From: Octopus sinensis | Taxonomy: Eukaryota | Reading direction: 5' to 3' | DNA: 64,000 nt | Assembly (NCBI RefSeq): GCF_006345805.1 | Contig: NC_043021.1 | Coordinates: forward strand, 11,346,001 to 11,410,000 | Part shown: positions 26,417 through 41,036 of the stretch, one piece after another | Position numbering within the stretch: position 1 is the stretch's first letter | How the letters are laid out: each line of letters opens with the position of its first letter | Notes under the pieces: generated by a model | Database searches by the model: none | What the model was told of the DNA's origin: nothing | Seen by the model: the letters and a program-made list of their open reading frames with translations, nothing else | Made by a program: the position numbers and the translations under genes

Positions 26417-27168
26417 TTTCGTAATGAGATAAAAAACCAAGGCTGTGTAGATCTTAGAACATTTATAGATATCTATCTATCTATATATGTTCTAAAATCT
26501 ACACAGACTTGATCTTTTATTTCATTACAAAAAAAAATTTTATATACACATGCTGACATATGACCAACATTGGAACCCTTATTCGCATAATCCCTGAACC
26601 TGAAACTTGACTATGGCCTGTCTTTGGCACTTTCAGCACTACCTGACACCTTTGGGTCTCAATGACACTATTACCTCTCATAAACTCCGATATATATATA
26701 TATATATATAATATATATATATTATATATATATATATATATGTATATATATTCTCTTTACTCTTTTACTTGATTCAGTCATTTAACTGTGGCCATGCTGG
26801 AGCACTGCCTTTAGTCGAGCAAATCGACCCCAGGATTTATTCTTTGTAAGCCTAGTACTTATTCTGTCGGTCTCTTTTGCCAAACCGCTATGTTATGGGG
26901 TCATAAACACACCAGCATCGGTTGTCAAGTGATGTTGAGGTGACAAACACAGACACACAAACATATACACACATACTTACATATATATATATATATACAC
27001 ATATATACAACAGGCTTCTTTCAGTTTCTGTCTATCACATCCACTTACAAGGATTTGGTCGGCCTGAGGCTATAGTAGAAGACACTTGCCCAAGTTGTCA
27101 TGCACTGGGACTGAACCCGGAACCATGTGGTTGGTAAGCAAGCTACTTACCACACAGCTACTCCTACG

Positions 27169-27220
<52 letters not shown>

Positions 27221-28007
27221 ATCTTTTCTACAATAACCAGTTTGTAACACACAAAAAGCACCAATTACACTCTTGGGGTGGTTGGCATTAGGAAGGGCAT
27301 CCAGCTGTAGAAACCATGCCAAATCAGACTGGAATCTAGTGCAGTTCTTCAGCTTACAAGTTCCAGTCAAAACTGTCTAACCCATGCCACCATGAAAAGC
27401 AGACATTAAATGAGCATCACACACACACACAAACACATTCATTTCGCGACTGTTTTACCATACAAGCAAGAGTTAAATGAATATGTTATTTGAGACGCTT
27501 TTTTTTTTGTTTTTTTTTTATCCAGATGCTCTTCCTGATACTAACCTTTAACTGTTTTACAAGTAAGAGATTTCTTATTCAACACTGCTTTCAAAGGCAT
27601 GAAGGAAGGAGCCAAATTATCGACCAAAAAGAAACAAAGTTCCAGGAACACTGCTCAAATGATATAATCTTTTGTGTGAGTGATTGCAAATGTAAACAAA
27701 GACACAGAAGCACACATGTGCATGCATAAGCGTACACACACACACACACACACACACATACACACACACACACACACACACAAATACAGAATAGGATTTT
27801 TGTTTTTAGTTTCTATCAAAATCACCTCACAAGGCTTTGGCCAGTCTGGATCTATAACAGGGACCGGGAAACCACGTTCCCTACCATTCCTGCATCTCAC
27901 AATCATGCCTTAGAAGACAGTTGTCGCGAGGTGATGTGCAGTAGGACCAAACCCGAAGCGGTGTGTTTGCAAAGCAGATGTCTTAATCACATGGTTGTGC
28001 ATGTAGT

Positions 28008-28042
<35 letters not shown>

Positions 28043-28762
28043 TTATGCGTATGGTGGTTGTCTACTCCTTATGCAGAGTTCGAGCATCTCGTGTACCTAT
28101 ACCCGAGAACCATCATGGCTTCTGATGTGGCTTTTTAAACCAGACAATGATTTGAAAAGACACCCACATAGATTGCATATCTGATGTGGACCACCAAGAG
28201 CTGCAGATACGTTCTGATCTTTGTGGATCTTAAAATGTCTTTTGAGGCCTCGGTTCTGTGCTGGTGGCATGTAAAAAGCACCATCCAATCATGGCTGTTG
28301 CCAGCCTCGTCTGGCATCTGTGCCGGTGGCACGTAAAAAGCACCCACTACACTCACAGAGTGGTTGGCTTTAGGAAGGGCATCTTCCGTCCAACCGTCCA
28401 ACCCGTGCTAGCATGGAAGGCGGACGCTAAACGATGATGATGATGATATATATATTTGTTTTGCTAAATTACCTATTAATGGATGGCAAATAATATTATT
28501 TGTTAAAGAAATTCAAAACCGTGGTATAACTGTTAAATAGCAAGGGAAAAGTTTTTATTTTTCATTTACTTCGAAATTTGCTATTAAATTGTGGTTTTGG
28601 CCATGTTGGCTGCTATTTCTAGCATGTAAAAATTACCTGTTAAAGGGTAATTTTCTATTTTGAAATATGAATATGTTGTCTATTGACTATTTATACATGC
28701 TAGGCCACTGGTGGTGATATTTATAACGAATATTCGCCACCCTATAGATGTATCTTATATAC

Positions 28763-28801
<39 letters not shown>

Positions 28802-28996
28802 GAGGTGCAGGCATGGCTGTGTGGTAAGAAGCTTGCTTCTCAATTACTTGGTTATGGGTTCAGTCCCACTGCATGGCACCTTGGGCAAAGTGTCTTCTAT
28901 AGCCTTGGGTGAACCAGAGTCTTGTGAGTGGATTGACCTAGGGTTAAACAACAAGTGCCACGCCCATGAGTAAATCAATTAGAGAGACATACATAC

Positions 28997-29160
28997 TTTG
29001 TTGTTATGAAGACAGGTGGGTGCATCGAACACTCGCTATGCATAAGGTCCTTTGCCTTCTTTGTCACAGGAACATTTGAGATCAAATAGGAAACACAATC
29101 AACTAATTGGTTACTGTCAGCATGATGCAGCTCCAATATACCCGACCTTGTGTGCAAGCG
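28997..29160 (-). CDS. Coding exon 9 (LTD-like domain 3)
   Basis: tttatcag|RLHTRSGILELHHADSNQLVDCVSYLISNVP...PVFITT AA|GTATGT, phase 0 to 2. Confidence 0.85.
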
Positions 29161-29729
29161 CTGATAAATAAAATGAAATAAAATAAAATAGGTAAAATAA
29201 ATAAAATTAAATTAAAATAGATTAATCTAAATAAAATACAATAAAATTAAAATAGATAGATAGATAAATAAATATAATAAAATATGAACAAGGATTTAAG
29301 TCAAAGAAATCAACCCCAGGAGATTCTTTTTAAGCTTAGTACTTCTTCGATCTGTCTCTTTGACTGAACCACAAAGTCACAGAAACATAAACACACCAGC
29401 ATCGGTTGTCAAGTGAAGGCAGGAGGACAAACACAGACATATACACATAAGTATACACACACACACATATATATATATACATACATACATACACAACTTC
29501 TTTCGCTTTCCATCAACCAAATCCACTCATAAGGCTTTGATCAACCTGAGGCTATAGTAGAAGACACTTGCGTAAGGAGCCACGCAGCGGGACTGAACCA
29601 TTGGCAAATTAATCTGAATGCAAAAGGTTAATTAAAACAGTAGTTTACAACGGGGGTTCATAACGAACCTTAGGGATCTCTATAAGACTTTGTCAGAGTT
29701 TATGTGTACAAAATTTATTATATTCCGAC

Positions 29730-30452
29730 ATTAAGAGACCTATTGAGTCAAGTACATCAATATCAAAATAAATATCAAATGGAAATTGTAGTTACGATAC
29801 CTGTGCCAGCGGCACGTAAAAAGCACCATCCGAATGTGGCCGATGCCAGCGCTGCCTTGACTGGCTTCTGTGCCAGTGGCACATGACCTGCTGTGCTTGA
29901 GGAGATCAATTGATTCAAGTACATCAACATCGAAATAAATATCAAATGGAAATAGTAGTTGTGATACCTGTGCTAGTGGCACAGAAAAAGCACCATCTGA
30001 ACGTGGCCGATGCCAGCGCTGCCTTGACTGGCTTCTGTGCCAGTGGCACATGACCTGCTGTGCTTGAGGAGATCAATTGATTCAAGTACATCAACATCGA
30101 AATAAATATCAAATGGAAATAGTAGTTGTGATACCTGTGCTGGTGGCACAGAAAAAGCACCATCTGAACGTGGCCGATGCCAGCGCTGCCTTGACTGGCT
30201 TCTGTGCCGGTGGCACGTAAAAAGCACCAACCGATCATGGCCGCTACCAGCCTCCCCTGGCATCTGTGCCGGTGGCACTTAAAAAGACCCACTACACTCA
30301 CAGAGTGGTTGGCGTTAGGAAGGGCATCCAGCTGTAGAAACACTGCCAGATCAGACTGAAGCCTGGTGCAGCCTTCTGGCTTCCCAGACCCCGGTCGAAC
30401 CGTCCAACCCATGCTAGCACGGAAAACGGACATTAAACGATGATGATGATGA
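29730..30452 (+). mobile_element. SINE-like family C ((GAT)n tail, gtaaaaagcacc motifs) with internal ~124-bp tandem expansion
   Basis: Family also at 18150-18530, 28250-28445, 40318-40745, 49785-49980 and 61195-61450. Confidence 0.7.
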
Positions 30453-30636
30453 TTAAATTATCTTTATGACTTCTTTAAGCAATTCCTATTTTTTTAATTC
30501 TAAAAATTATAACGGGATTTTTAAAACATCAAATGGTCGTGACAGGGACCAGTTACATAAAATCGGAATCAAAGAGATCCATAGATAAAAAATATTAGGA
30601 AGCACTGAAGTGAAGAATTAGTTGTGGTTAACAAAC

Positions 30637-30791
30637 CTCGAGAAACTCATTGTATTCATTCTTTTCCTTGTCAATAATTATAAGGCTTTGGTTTTGTGTT
30701 ATCAAATTATTAATGGTGATTGAAGAGTTGAACTTGCGGTTAATAGATGACCAAACAAGACTGTATTTGCTTGAAGAACTTGAATTTTTGT
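30637..30791 (-). CDS. Coding exon 8 (LTD-like domain 3)
   Basis: ctcttcctgcag|..KNSSSSSKYSLVWSSINRKFNSSITINNLITQNQSLIIIDKEKNEYNEFLE|GTTTGT, phase 1 to 0. Confidence 0.8.
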
Positions 30792-31068
30792 CTGCAGGAA
30801 GAGAGAGAAAAAGTTTATTTATAAGTATTGTGGAAGGGTTCCAACCATGCCCCAAGTGACTAAAAGTGGACTGACACATTGCTGCAAATTAAAGAAAGGC
30901 GCAGGAGCGGCTGTGTGGTAAGTAGCTTGCTAACCAACCACATGGTTCCGGGTTCACTCCCACTGTGTGGCATCTTGGGCAAGTGTCTTCTGCTATAGCC
31001 CCGGGCCGACCAATGCCCTGTGAGTGGATTTGGTAGACGGAAACTGAAAGAAGCCTGTCGTATATATG

Positions 31069-31099
<31 letters not shown>

Positions 31100-31264
31100 G
31101 TGTGTGTTTGCGTGTGTGTTTGTCCCCCTAGCATTGCTTGACAACCGATGCTAGTGCGTTTATGTCCCTGTTACTTAGCGGTTCGGCAAAAGAGACCGAT
31201 AGAATAAGTACTGGGCTTACAAAAGAATAAGTCCTGGGGTCGAGTTGCTCGATTAAAAGACGGT

Positions 31265-31840
31265 GAAAAATTCAAATTAAATGAATTAACCCTGGACATG
31301 TTCAAATGTCTAATTTTTGTTCAAGGGCTAACTGCAAGCAAAGATGCAGATATATGTTCCAAAATATTAACAAAATTAGAACAGGACCAAAAATTAACTC
31401 TACAGGCAGTAGCAGAAGAATGCCAGAGGATTATAAATCTAAAACATGATACAGATAAAATTGAAGAAAAAGATTCCTCTCATATTCATGCATGTCAACC
31501 AGTAATGGATGTGAAAAAAGTGGAAAAAATGTCAAGACCAAATCCATGTTATGGGTGTGGTAATCTACATTTTAAAAGTAATTGTCTGTTTAAAAATATA
31601 AAATGCTTCAAGTGTGCTAAGATAGATCACAAAAAAATTACACTGTAAAACAAAACCAAAAAAGCAATTAAACAGAAAAAAAATCGTGTAAGCAGGTTAT
31701 TAGTAACAAGAAATACAAACGAGCCTCAAAGGAAATTTGTATTTGTAAAAATTAAAAACACGAAAGTAAAGTTACAATTGGATATGGGCAGTGATATCTT
31801 GATAATTAACAGAGGCACATGGAAAAACATGGGAGACCTC
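31265..31840 (+). mobile_element. Ty3/Gypsy gag-protease fragment
   Basis: CYGCGNLHFKSNC and CFKCAKIDH zinc knuckles, followed by KVKLQLDMGSD (DTG-like aspartic protease motif, decayed). Confidence 0.85.
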
Positions 31841-32212
31841 GATAGGTAGATAGAAAGAAGCCTGTTGTACATATTTGTGTGTGTGTGTGTGTCTATGCCC
31901 CATTAGTGCTTGACAACCAGTGTTGGTGTGTTTATGTTCCCATTACCGAGCGGTTCAGCAAAAGAAACCCTTAAAATAAGAGCCAGGCTTTAAAAAATTC
32001 TTCAGAGTAATGCCCCAGCATGGCCACAGTGTAATGACTGAAACAAGTGAAAGATTCGGTTGGTTGCTGCTGGGATCCAACCAGAAAGTTGCTTCTGATA
32101 AGGAGGAGCCCGGGGGCTCTACCCACATGATCCCACCCTGGAATAGTGGGCTGAGAAGATGGATGGATGGATGTGACACAAAACAATGATTACATAAGAA
32201 AATCAAACTTAC

Positions 32213-32945
32213 TTTTCAGTTCTACCCAGGGAGACTTCCCTTCATTGTGAGACAGACTTATCTCATTGATCTTTAAAACATCACGTTGAACAGTACCCGG
32301 TGTTTTGGTTGTAGCTTGTGTAGACGATGGTGGTGAGGAGGGGGTGGAGGGGTAGTGAGGAGTTTCGGCTGTGGCAGAATTTGTAGGGCTAATTTCAGGT
32401 GATGTTACATCCGTAAAATCTGATGTTGTCGTTTCCATGGAATCGGTTGAGTTGTCATACGAGGTCGTTGTTTCTTCTGAATCGGTTGTGTCATATGATG
32501 TTGAGGTCACATAAGTGACAGTGGATCCATTCGAGGTGGTGGTGTTTTGAATTGATGGTGTTGTGGTATTATTGAATGCTACTGTTGTATTGGGAACAGA
32601 CGTAGAGGTAGTGCCATCGGGTGTTGTTGTTATTACGGAGGAATTAGATGTAGAGCTCATAGTTGTATTCACCTCCTCTAAAGAACTGTTTGCGGAGCTT
32701 GTGGAAGGAAACGCTTCTGTTGTCATGGTAGCGTCTAATGATGTTGATGATGATGATGATGGAGCAGTGCTGCTTCCTGGAGATGATGTAGAAGTTGGAG
32801 GAAGCTTTGTATTTGGAAGACTTGTATTTCCTGGCACCTGGGAGTCGTAACACAACGAGGAACAATTTTTCAATTCTGAGGCAGCAAAGAATTTTGAGAG
32901 CAAATTGCAACGACAGAATTTTACCATGCTGGTACTGTTAGAGTT
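32213..32945 (-). CDS. Coding exon 7 (end of domain 2, Ser/Thr mucin-like stalk, start of domain 3)
   Basis: tttcag|NSNSTSMVKFCRC..., then ~180 aa rich in Ser/Thr, then VLKINEISLSHNEGKSPWVELK A|GTAAGT, phase 0 to 1. Confidence 0.9.
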
Positions 32946-34849
32946 CTGAAATATTACAAGACAAGGAATTAGGACGACCGCATCTACAGAGACAACGACA
33001 ACAAGACTGACAGATTTGCTACAAGAGAGATAAAATAGAGTACGCGCACGCATGCACGCATGCAGACGTACACACGTGTGCAAACAACACACACACACAC
33101 ACATGCACGTATTTACATACACTCACAGCACCAACCACTCTTGCAAAAACATACCCACCATGCATTCACACACACACACACACACACATGCACGCACGTA
33201 CATATACGTGTGCAACACACATGCACACATATGCATAGACATACACACACACACGTGTGCAAACAACACACACACACGCAAATATACATACACTCACAAT
33301 GCTTTCCACTCTTGCAAAAACACACACACACACACACATGCATGTATTTACATACTCACAGCACCATCCACTCTTGCAAAAACATACCCACCATGCATTC
33401 ACACACACACATGCACGCACGTACATATACGTGTGCAACACACATGCACACATATGCGTGGACATACACACACACACACACACACACAAGTGTGTAAACA
33501 AAACACACAAGTGTGCAAACAACACACACACACAAATATACATACACTCACAACGCCATCGACTCTTGCAAAACCATACCCATCTACACACGCATTCACA
33601 CATACACAAACACACACACACACATGCAAATAATACAGGCACTCAAACACTCACACAGATACATTCATTTTTTTTTACATGTTATAGTCATTGGACTGTG
33701 GCCTTGCTGGGGCACCCCTTTGTGTGTGTGTGTGTGTATGTTTGTGTGTCCGTGTTTGTCCTCCCAACATCGCTTAACAACCAATGATGGCATGTTTACA
33801 TCCCCGTAACTTAGCGGTTCGGCAAAAGAGACTGATAGAATAAGTACCAGGCTTACAAAAAATAAGTCCTGGGGTCGATTTGCTCAACTAAAAGCGGTGC
33901 TCCAGCATGGCCACAGTCAAACGACTGAAACAAGTAAAAGAGCAAAAGAGATACAACAGGCTTCTTTCAGGTTCCATCAACTAAATCCACTCATGGCTTT
34001 GGTCAGTGCGAGGCTACGCAATAAGACATGTAAGGCCAAGGTGCTTTGGGTGGAATTGAACCTAGAACCTTGTGGTAGCGAAGCAAACTTCTTACCACAT
34101 AGCTATACTCTCACTTTTACTTGTTTCAGTCATTTGACTGCGGCCATGCTGGAGCACCGCCTTTAGTCGAGCAACTCGACCCTGGGACTTATTCTTTTGT
34201 AAGCCCAGTCCTTATTCTATCGGTCTCTTTTGCCGAACCGCTAAGTAACGGGGACATAAACACACCAGCATCGGTTGTCAAGCAATGCTATGGGGACAAA
34301 CACAGACACACAAACACACACACGCATATATATATATATACATATATACGACGGGCTTCTTTCAGTTTCCGTCTACCAAATCCACTCACAAGGCTTTGGT
34401 CGGCCTGAGGCTATAGTAGAAGACACTTGCCCAAGGTGTCACACAGTAGGACTGAAGCCGGAACCATGTGGTTGGTAAACAAGCTACTTACCACACAGCC
34501 ATGTATTTTAGTTTATTGTTAAATAAAAGTGCCCCTAACACAAGGCTAGGAAAAGACTGAGGCACACACACAACGGACATGGAGTTTAGTGTCTCCAACA
34601 CGATGTTTAAAACGGATTGCTTTCCACACACACAAACACAATTCTATAGCAAAGTGGGTTTCAGTCAGTACATTGGTTTGGTTCTGCAGGTGCAGAGTAC
34701 CAAAGGTGCGACCCTTGAGTTCTTGCAAGTACCCCAGCCCATATATTTAAAAAAAACAAAAGAAGAAAAGAAAGAACTAACCATCCTCAAGTTTGGAGTG
34801 AATGCACCAGCAGTAAGGGCAAGGTTGTCTGGTTATATATGCTGCAAAT

Positions 34850-36600
34850 TCCTCTCAGAGACCCTGCACACACACACAAGCCTTCGCACACATCCTGCAA
34901 AATTCCTCTCAGAGGCCCGGCACACACACACACAAGCCTTCGCACACATCCTGCAAAATTCCTCTCAGAGGCCCGGCACACACACACACACACACACAAG
35001 CCTTCGCACACATCCTGCAAAATTCTTCTCAGAGGCCCGGCACACACACACACAAGCCTTCGCACACATCCTGCAAAATTCTTCTCAGAGGCCCGGCACA
35101 CACACACACAAGCCTTCGCACACATCCTGCAAAATTCCTCTCAGAGGCCCGGCACACACACACACAAGCCTTCGCACACATCCTGCAAAATTCCTCTCAG
35201 AGGCCCGGCACACACACACACAAGCCTTCGCACACATCCTGCAAAATTCTCTCAGAGGCCCGGCACACACACACACAACAAGCCTTCGCACACATCCTGC
35301 AAAATTCCTCTCAGAGGCCCGGCACACACACACACAAGCCTTCGCACACATCCTGCAAAATTCCTCTCAGAGGCCCGGCACACACACACACAAGCCTTCG
35401 CACACATCCTGCAAAATTCCTCTCAGAGACCCTGCACACACACACAAGCCTTCGCACACATCCTGCAAAATTCCTCTCAGAGGCCCGGCACACACACACA
35501 CAACCTTCGCACACATCCTGCAAAATTCTTCTCAGAGGCCCGGCACACACACACACAAGCCTTCGCACACATCCTGCAAAATTCTTCTCAGAGGCCCGGC
35601 ACACACACACACAAGCCTTCGCACACATCCTGCAAAATTCTTCTCAGAGGCCCGGCACACACACACACAAGCCTTCGCACACATCCTGCAAAATTCCTCT
35701 CAGAGGCCCGGCACACACACACACAAGCCTTCGCACACATCCTGCAAAATTCTTCTCAGAGGCCCGGCACACACACACACAAGCCTTCGCACACATCCTG
35801 CAAAATTCTTCTCAGAGGCCCGGCACACACACACACACAAGCCTTCGCACACATCCTGCAAAATTCTTCTCAGAGGCCCGGCACACACACACACAAGCCT
35901 TCGCACACATCCTGCAAAATTCTTCTCAGAGGCCCGGCACACACACACACAAGCCTTCGCACACATCCGCAAAATTCCTCTCAGAGGCCCGGCACACACA
36001 CACACAAGCCTTCGCCACACATCCTGCAAAATTTTCTCAGAGGCCCGGCACACACACACACACAAGCCTTCGCACCATCCTGCAAAATTCTTCTCAGAGG
36101 CCCGGCAACACACACACACACAAGCCTTCGCACACATCCTGCAAAATTCCTCTCAGAGGCCCGGCACACACACACACACAAGCCTTCGCACACATCCTGC
36201 AAAATTCTTCTCAGAGGCCCGGCCACACACACACACACACACAAGCCTTCGCACACATCCTGCAAAATTCTTCTCAGAAGCCGGCACACACACACACAGC
36301 CTTCGCACACATCCTGCAGAATTCTTCTCAGAAGCCCGGCACACACACACACAAGCCTTCGCACACATCCTGCAAAATTCTTCTCAGAGGCCCGGCACAC
36401 ACACACACAAGCCTTCGCACACATCCTGCAAAATTCTTCTCAGAGGCCCGGCACACACACACACAAGCCTTCACACACATCCTGCAAAATTCCTCTCAGA
36501 GGCCCGGCACACACACGCACTCACATACACATACACACACACAAACCTTCACACACATCTTGCAAAATGCTTCAGAGGCCCTGCACACACACACATACAC
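34850..36600. repeat. Minisatellite, ~56-bp unit, ~31 copies
   Basis: aagccttcgcacacatcctgcaaaattc(c/t)tctcagaggcccgg(ca)n. Confidence 0.95.
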
Positions 36601-37070
36601 ACAAAAGCCTCCACACATTCTGTGCAATGGAATTTAGAGTGGGGTCTAAATATGAGTGCATTGGAGGGAAATCAAAAGTGACAAATGAAGGACTAGCTCA
36701 GAAGCTGGAGTACAAGAAACTTAATCTTGGGGTCATGGATTTGAGCCCCACATTAAGCGAAATACACTCTTATACTGAAAAATATCTGTCCTCCACTGCA
36801 AAAATGTTAAGGCCACATCCCCTGGTGAAGAGGATCGGCCAGCAAAAGCCTTGTGTTGGTACTCTTTTACTTGTTTCAGTCATTTGACTGCGGCCATGCT
36901 GGAGCACCGCCTTTAGTCGAGCAAATCGACCCCGGGACTTATTCTTTGTAAGCCCAGTACTTATTCTATCGGTCTCTTTTGCCGAACCGCTAAGTGACGG
37001 GGACGTAAACACACCAGCATCGGTTGTCAAACAAGGCTAGGGGGACAAACACACACACACACATACACAT

Positions 37071-37103
<33 letters not shown>

Positions 37104-38918
37104 CAACAGGCTTCTTTCAGTTTCCGTCTACCAAATCCACTCACAAGGCATTGGTCGGCCCAGGGCTATAGCAGAAGACACTTGCCCAAGATGCCACGCA
37201 GTGGGACTGAACCCGGAACCATGTGGTTGGTTAGCAAGCTACTTACCACACAGCCACTCCTGCGCCTATGTACCATGTAAAAGCACTCATACTAGTACCA
37301 TGTTAGAAGCACTCAGCATTCACTGTAAATTGGTTGGCATTAGGAAAGGCATCCAGCTGTAGAGACCAAGCCAGACCAGACTGGGACCTGGTACAGCTCT
37401 CCGGCTTGACAGCTCTGGTCAAGCCACCCAGCCCATGCCAGCCAGCATGGAAAATGCATGTTAAATGATGATGATGACAATGATGATAATGATATTGGTG
37501 ATGATGATGATGGACAGGAAATAACGTACCAGTTCAAAATACGGTATAGCTTGTTCTTTGGGTGGATACAGATATGGGTATGTCTGAAAAAAGAAAAGAA
37601 AAATTTGACAAACAATCTATTCCATCTTGAGTCAAGTCTTTAACAAGTTTATGTAATTTTTCCTGGCCTTTTTTTTTTTCTTAGAGAAATTAATGGAATA
37701 AAAAAAAAAATAAAGCTCAACTTTTGTTGATTTCTCTGACTTTAACTTAATCTCAGCAAACATATTTAAAAGTATAGAAATTAAGATTAAAAAAAAAGAA
37801 AAACCTCTTAAAAACCAATGCTGAAGTGGGCGAAAATCAAACTACATGTGAAAATATGTACAAAGCAGGGTGACGGGGTGAGTGGATGGATGGATGGATT
37901 GTAGGGTAGGTAGGTAGAAAGATAGGTAGGTAGATAGATAGATAGATAGGTAGACAGAGAGGTAGATAGATAAATAGGTAGAGAGGTAGATAGATAAATA
38001 GGTAGAGAGGTAGATAGATAAATAGGTAGACAGATAGATAGGTAGATAGATAAGTAGGTAGATTAGACAGGTAGGTAGATAGATAGACAGGTAGATAGAT
38101 AGGTAGGTAGGTAGATAGGTAGGTAGGTAGATAGGTAGGTAGGTAGATAGGTAGGTAGGTAGGTAGGTAAGTAGGTAGGTAGGTAGTTAGGTATGTAGGT
38201 AGATAGGTAGGTAGGTAGGTAGGTAGGTAGGTAGATAGACAAAGACAGACATAGACAGATAAACAGACATGTAGGCAGGTAGATAGAAAGATAGATAGAA
38301 AGATTTATAGGTAGATAGGTAGATACATACATACAGACATAGACAGAGAGAGAGATAGGTCAGTACATAGTGTGGGGTAGATGGAGGAGAGGGGAGAGAG
38401 GAGGGAGGGAGGAAGGAAGGAAAGAAGAGAGAAAGAAAGGAAGCAAGAAAAGAAAGTGTAGGAGGATAGTAGACGGTAGATAAAACAAGGAGACAGTGTC
38501 AGAAGAAGCAGATAAATATGTGAATAAATGAAAAAAAAAAAGGTATTGGAGTGGCAATGCATACCCTGCAGGAAAATTTTTTTGTCTTTTTATCTTTTTT
38601 TTTAAAGTATCACCATTACAGGTATTTAAACTCCGGCGAAATGAAGAAATCAATTCATAAATAAACGAAACCCTTGAATCCATCACCGTATACGCATGAA
38701 TATCTATGTATGTATTTATGTATGTTTGAAGATAATCAAACCAAATTGTCACTGAATATTTCAGCCAAATTTGGTGAAAATCCATTCAGGCGTTTTCCAG
38801 TAATTTTGCAAACACACAGACAATACCCTGCTTTCACTTCTATGCACAGGGTAATAAATAGATAAAACAAAGGAAAAATATAAATCCAGGAAGTTCCACC
38901 ACTCCTATGATAACTTAC

Positions 38919-39035
38919 CCAGATTTTTGTCAGATTTTCTGAAGGTTTGTTGCCATTACCAAATGCCACTCCATCTAGAATAATTGGTCCCGAAGTATTA
39001 GAGACGAGATTCAAGAGAACTGCAACAGTTTGTTC
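38919..39035 (-). CDS. Coding exon 6 (LTD-like domain 2)
   Basis: atatcag|EQTVAVLLNLVSNTSGPIILDGVAFGNGNKPSENLTKIW|GTAAGT, phase 0 to 0. Confidence 0.85.
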
Positions 39036-39250
39036 CTGATATTTATAAACAAGATAGCAACATATTATAAACATTAAACACAAGTTCTTTAGTCAATCAC
39101 TGCAAAATTACCAAAATTACAGGTATCTATGTGTGTATGTGTATATATACACAGTCATGTATATATATATATATATACACACACACAGTCGCCATGATAG
39201 ATTATTAGCCACTACACACATTTTTTTCTCTCCTTGTTTTTTCTGTGTCC

Positions 39251-39286
39251 CTTTCTGAAGAAGAGTGTAGGCTCAAAACGTAAAAG
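39251..39286 (+). ncRNA. Degenerate minimal hammerhead (same architecture as 8192-8226), G12 replaced by A
   Basis: CTTT-CTGAAGA-A-GAGT(GTAG)GCTC-AAAA-C-GTA-AAAG. Confidence 0.5.
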
Positions 39287-39373
39287 ACTTTTTCTATTCC
39301 TGAGCATTATACTAATACATCTGTTTGTTTTATTCACCACCTGTCTTCGTCTTTTGTTTTTTTCGTAAACTCT

Positions 39374-39417
<44 letters not shown>

Positions 39418-40982
39418 ATGGAAATGGTAAGACAACAAAAGAATGAAAGAGACCTCAATATTATGTAAATAGAGGAATTTATCTGTAAATGTAATATGTG
39501 ACAATTATTCAGTAGCCATGATAAAATTCCAAGTTTCGGATGTCGGGATGGAAATCCACACTGCCATCTCTTCAGTTATCCAGCCATCAGAAAAAATGCT
39601 ATGAAAATTTTCATAGCATTTTTTCCAATGGCTGGATAATTTGGAGTTTTACCATGGTTACTAAATAATTGTCACATATTACATATATATATACACGAGG
39701 AGTGTATGGAATGTTTCGAGCCTTGAAGGCTTGTACTTTCATCAGAAGTCTTGTACCATGTATTGCTTTTTTTTGAGGTTCAAGACTTTAAGACTTTTCA
39801 TACACCCTTCATGTATATGTATATATATAGGTGCAGGAGTGGCTGTGTGGTAAGTAGCTTGCTTACCAACCACTAACAGAATGTAGTAAAAAAAAATGTA
39901 AAATTAGCTTCTTGAGTTTTGCCAACTCATAAGGTCCAGTTTCCCAGTTTCCAGGGCATATATATATTCCCCACCTGGATGGGACACTGGTCCATTGCAG
40001 GATTACTCATTTTGGCCAGCTGAGTGGACTGGAGCAATGTGGAACGAAGTGTTTTGCTCAAGAACATAATGCATCACCTGGTCCAGGAATTGAAACCACA
40101 ACCATAGGGTCATAAGCCCAATGCCCTAACCACTAAGCCACATGTCTCCACTATAACAGAATGTAGTATAGATGCATATATTAGTTTCAAATTTTGGCAC
40201 TAGGCTATCAATTTTAGGGGCGGGGCATTGACCTCAGTGTTTAACTGGTACTTATTTTATTGACCTCAGAAGAAGGAAAGACAAAGTTGACCTTGATGGA
40301 ATTTGAACTCAGAATCATCGTCATCATCGTTTAATGTCCGCTTTCCATGCTGGCATGGGTTGGACGGTTTGCACCAGGCTCCAATCTGATCTGACAAAGT
40401 TTTTACAGCTGGATGCCCTTCCTAATGCCAACCACTCCGAGAGTGAAGCGGGTGCTTTTATGTGCTACCGGCACGAGGGCCAGTCAGGCAGTACTGGCAT
40501 CAGCCATGCTCAAATGGCGCTTTTTATGTGCCACCTACACAGGAGCCAGTCTGGCGGCATTGGCAATTACCACGCTTGAATGGTGTTGTCTAATGTGCCA
40601 CCAGCACAAGAGCCAGCCAGCGGCGCTGGCAACGACAGTGCTCAAATGGCGTTTTTAACATTCCACTGGCATGGGCGCCAATCAGGCAGTGCTGTCATTG
40701 GCCACGACAGCAGTCTTCACTTGCCACAAGAGGTCTTTGCAAGCGGAGTTTATTCTCTTTTACTCGTTTCAGTCATTTGGACTGTGGCCATGCTGGAGCA
40801 CTGCTTTTAGTCAAGCAAATCGACCCCAGGACTTATTCTTTTTGTAAGCCCAGTACTTATTCTATCGGTCTCTTTTGCCGAACCGCTAAGTTACAGGGAC
40901 GTAAACACACCAGCATCGGTTGTCAAGCGATGTTGGAGGGACAAACAGAGACACACAAATTTATACACACACACATACATAC

Positions 40983-41036
<54 letters not shown>

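Noticed and set aside
34579-36887. 700-aa and 682-aa plus-strand ORFs
   Set aside because: Translations of a 56-bp minisatellite that lacks stops; frames interchange with each unit.
39700-39760. CTGATGA...GAAA on the minus strand
   Set aside because: No stem II or stem I pairing; lies in a mariner-like terminal sequence.
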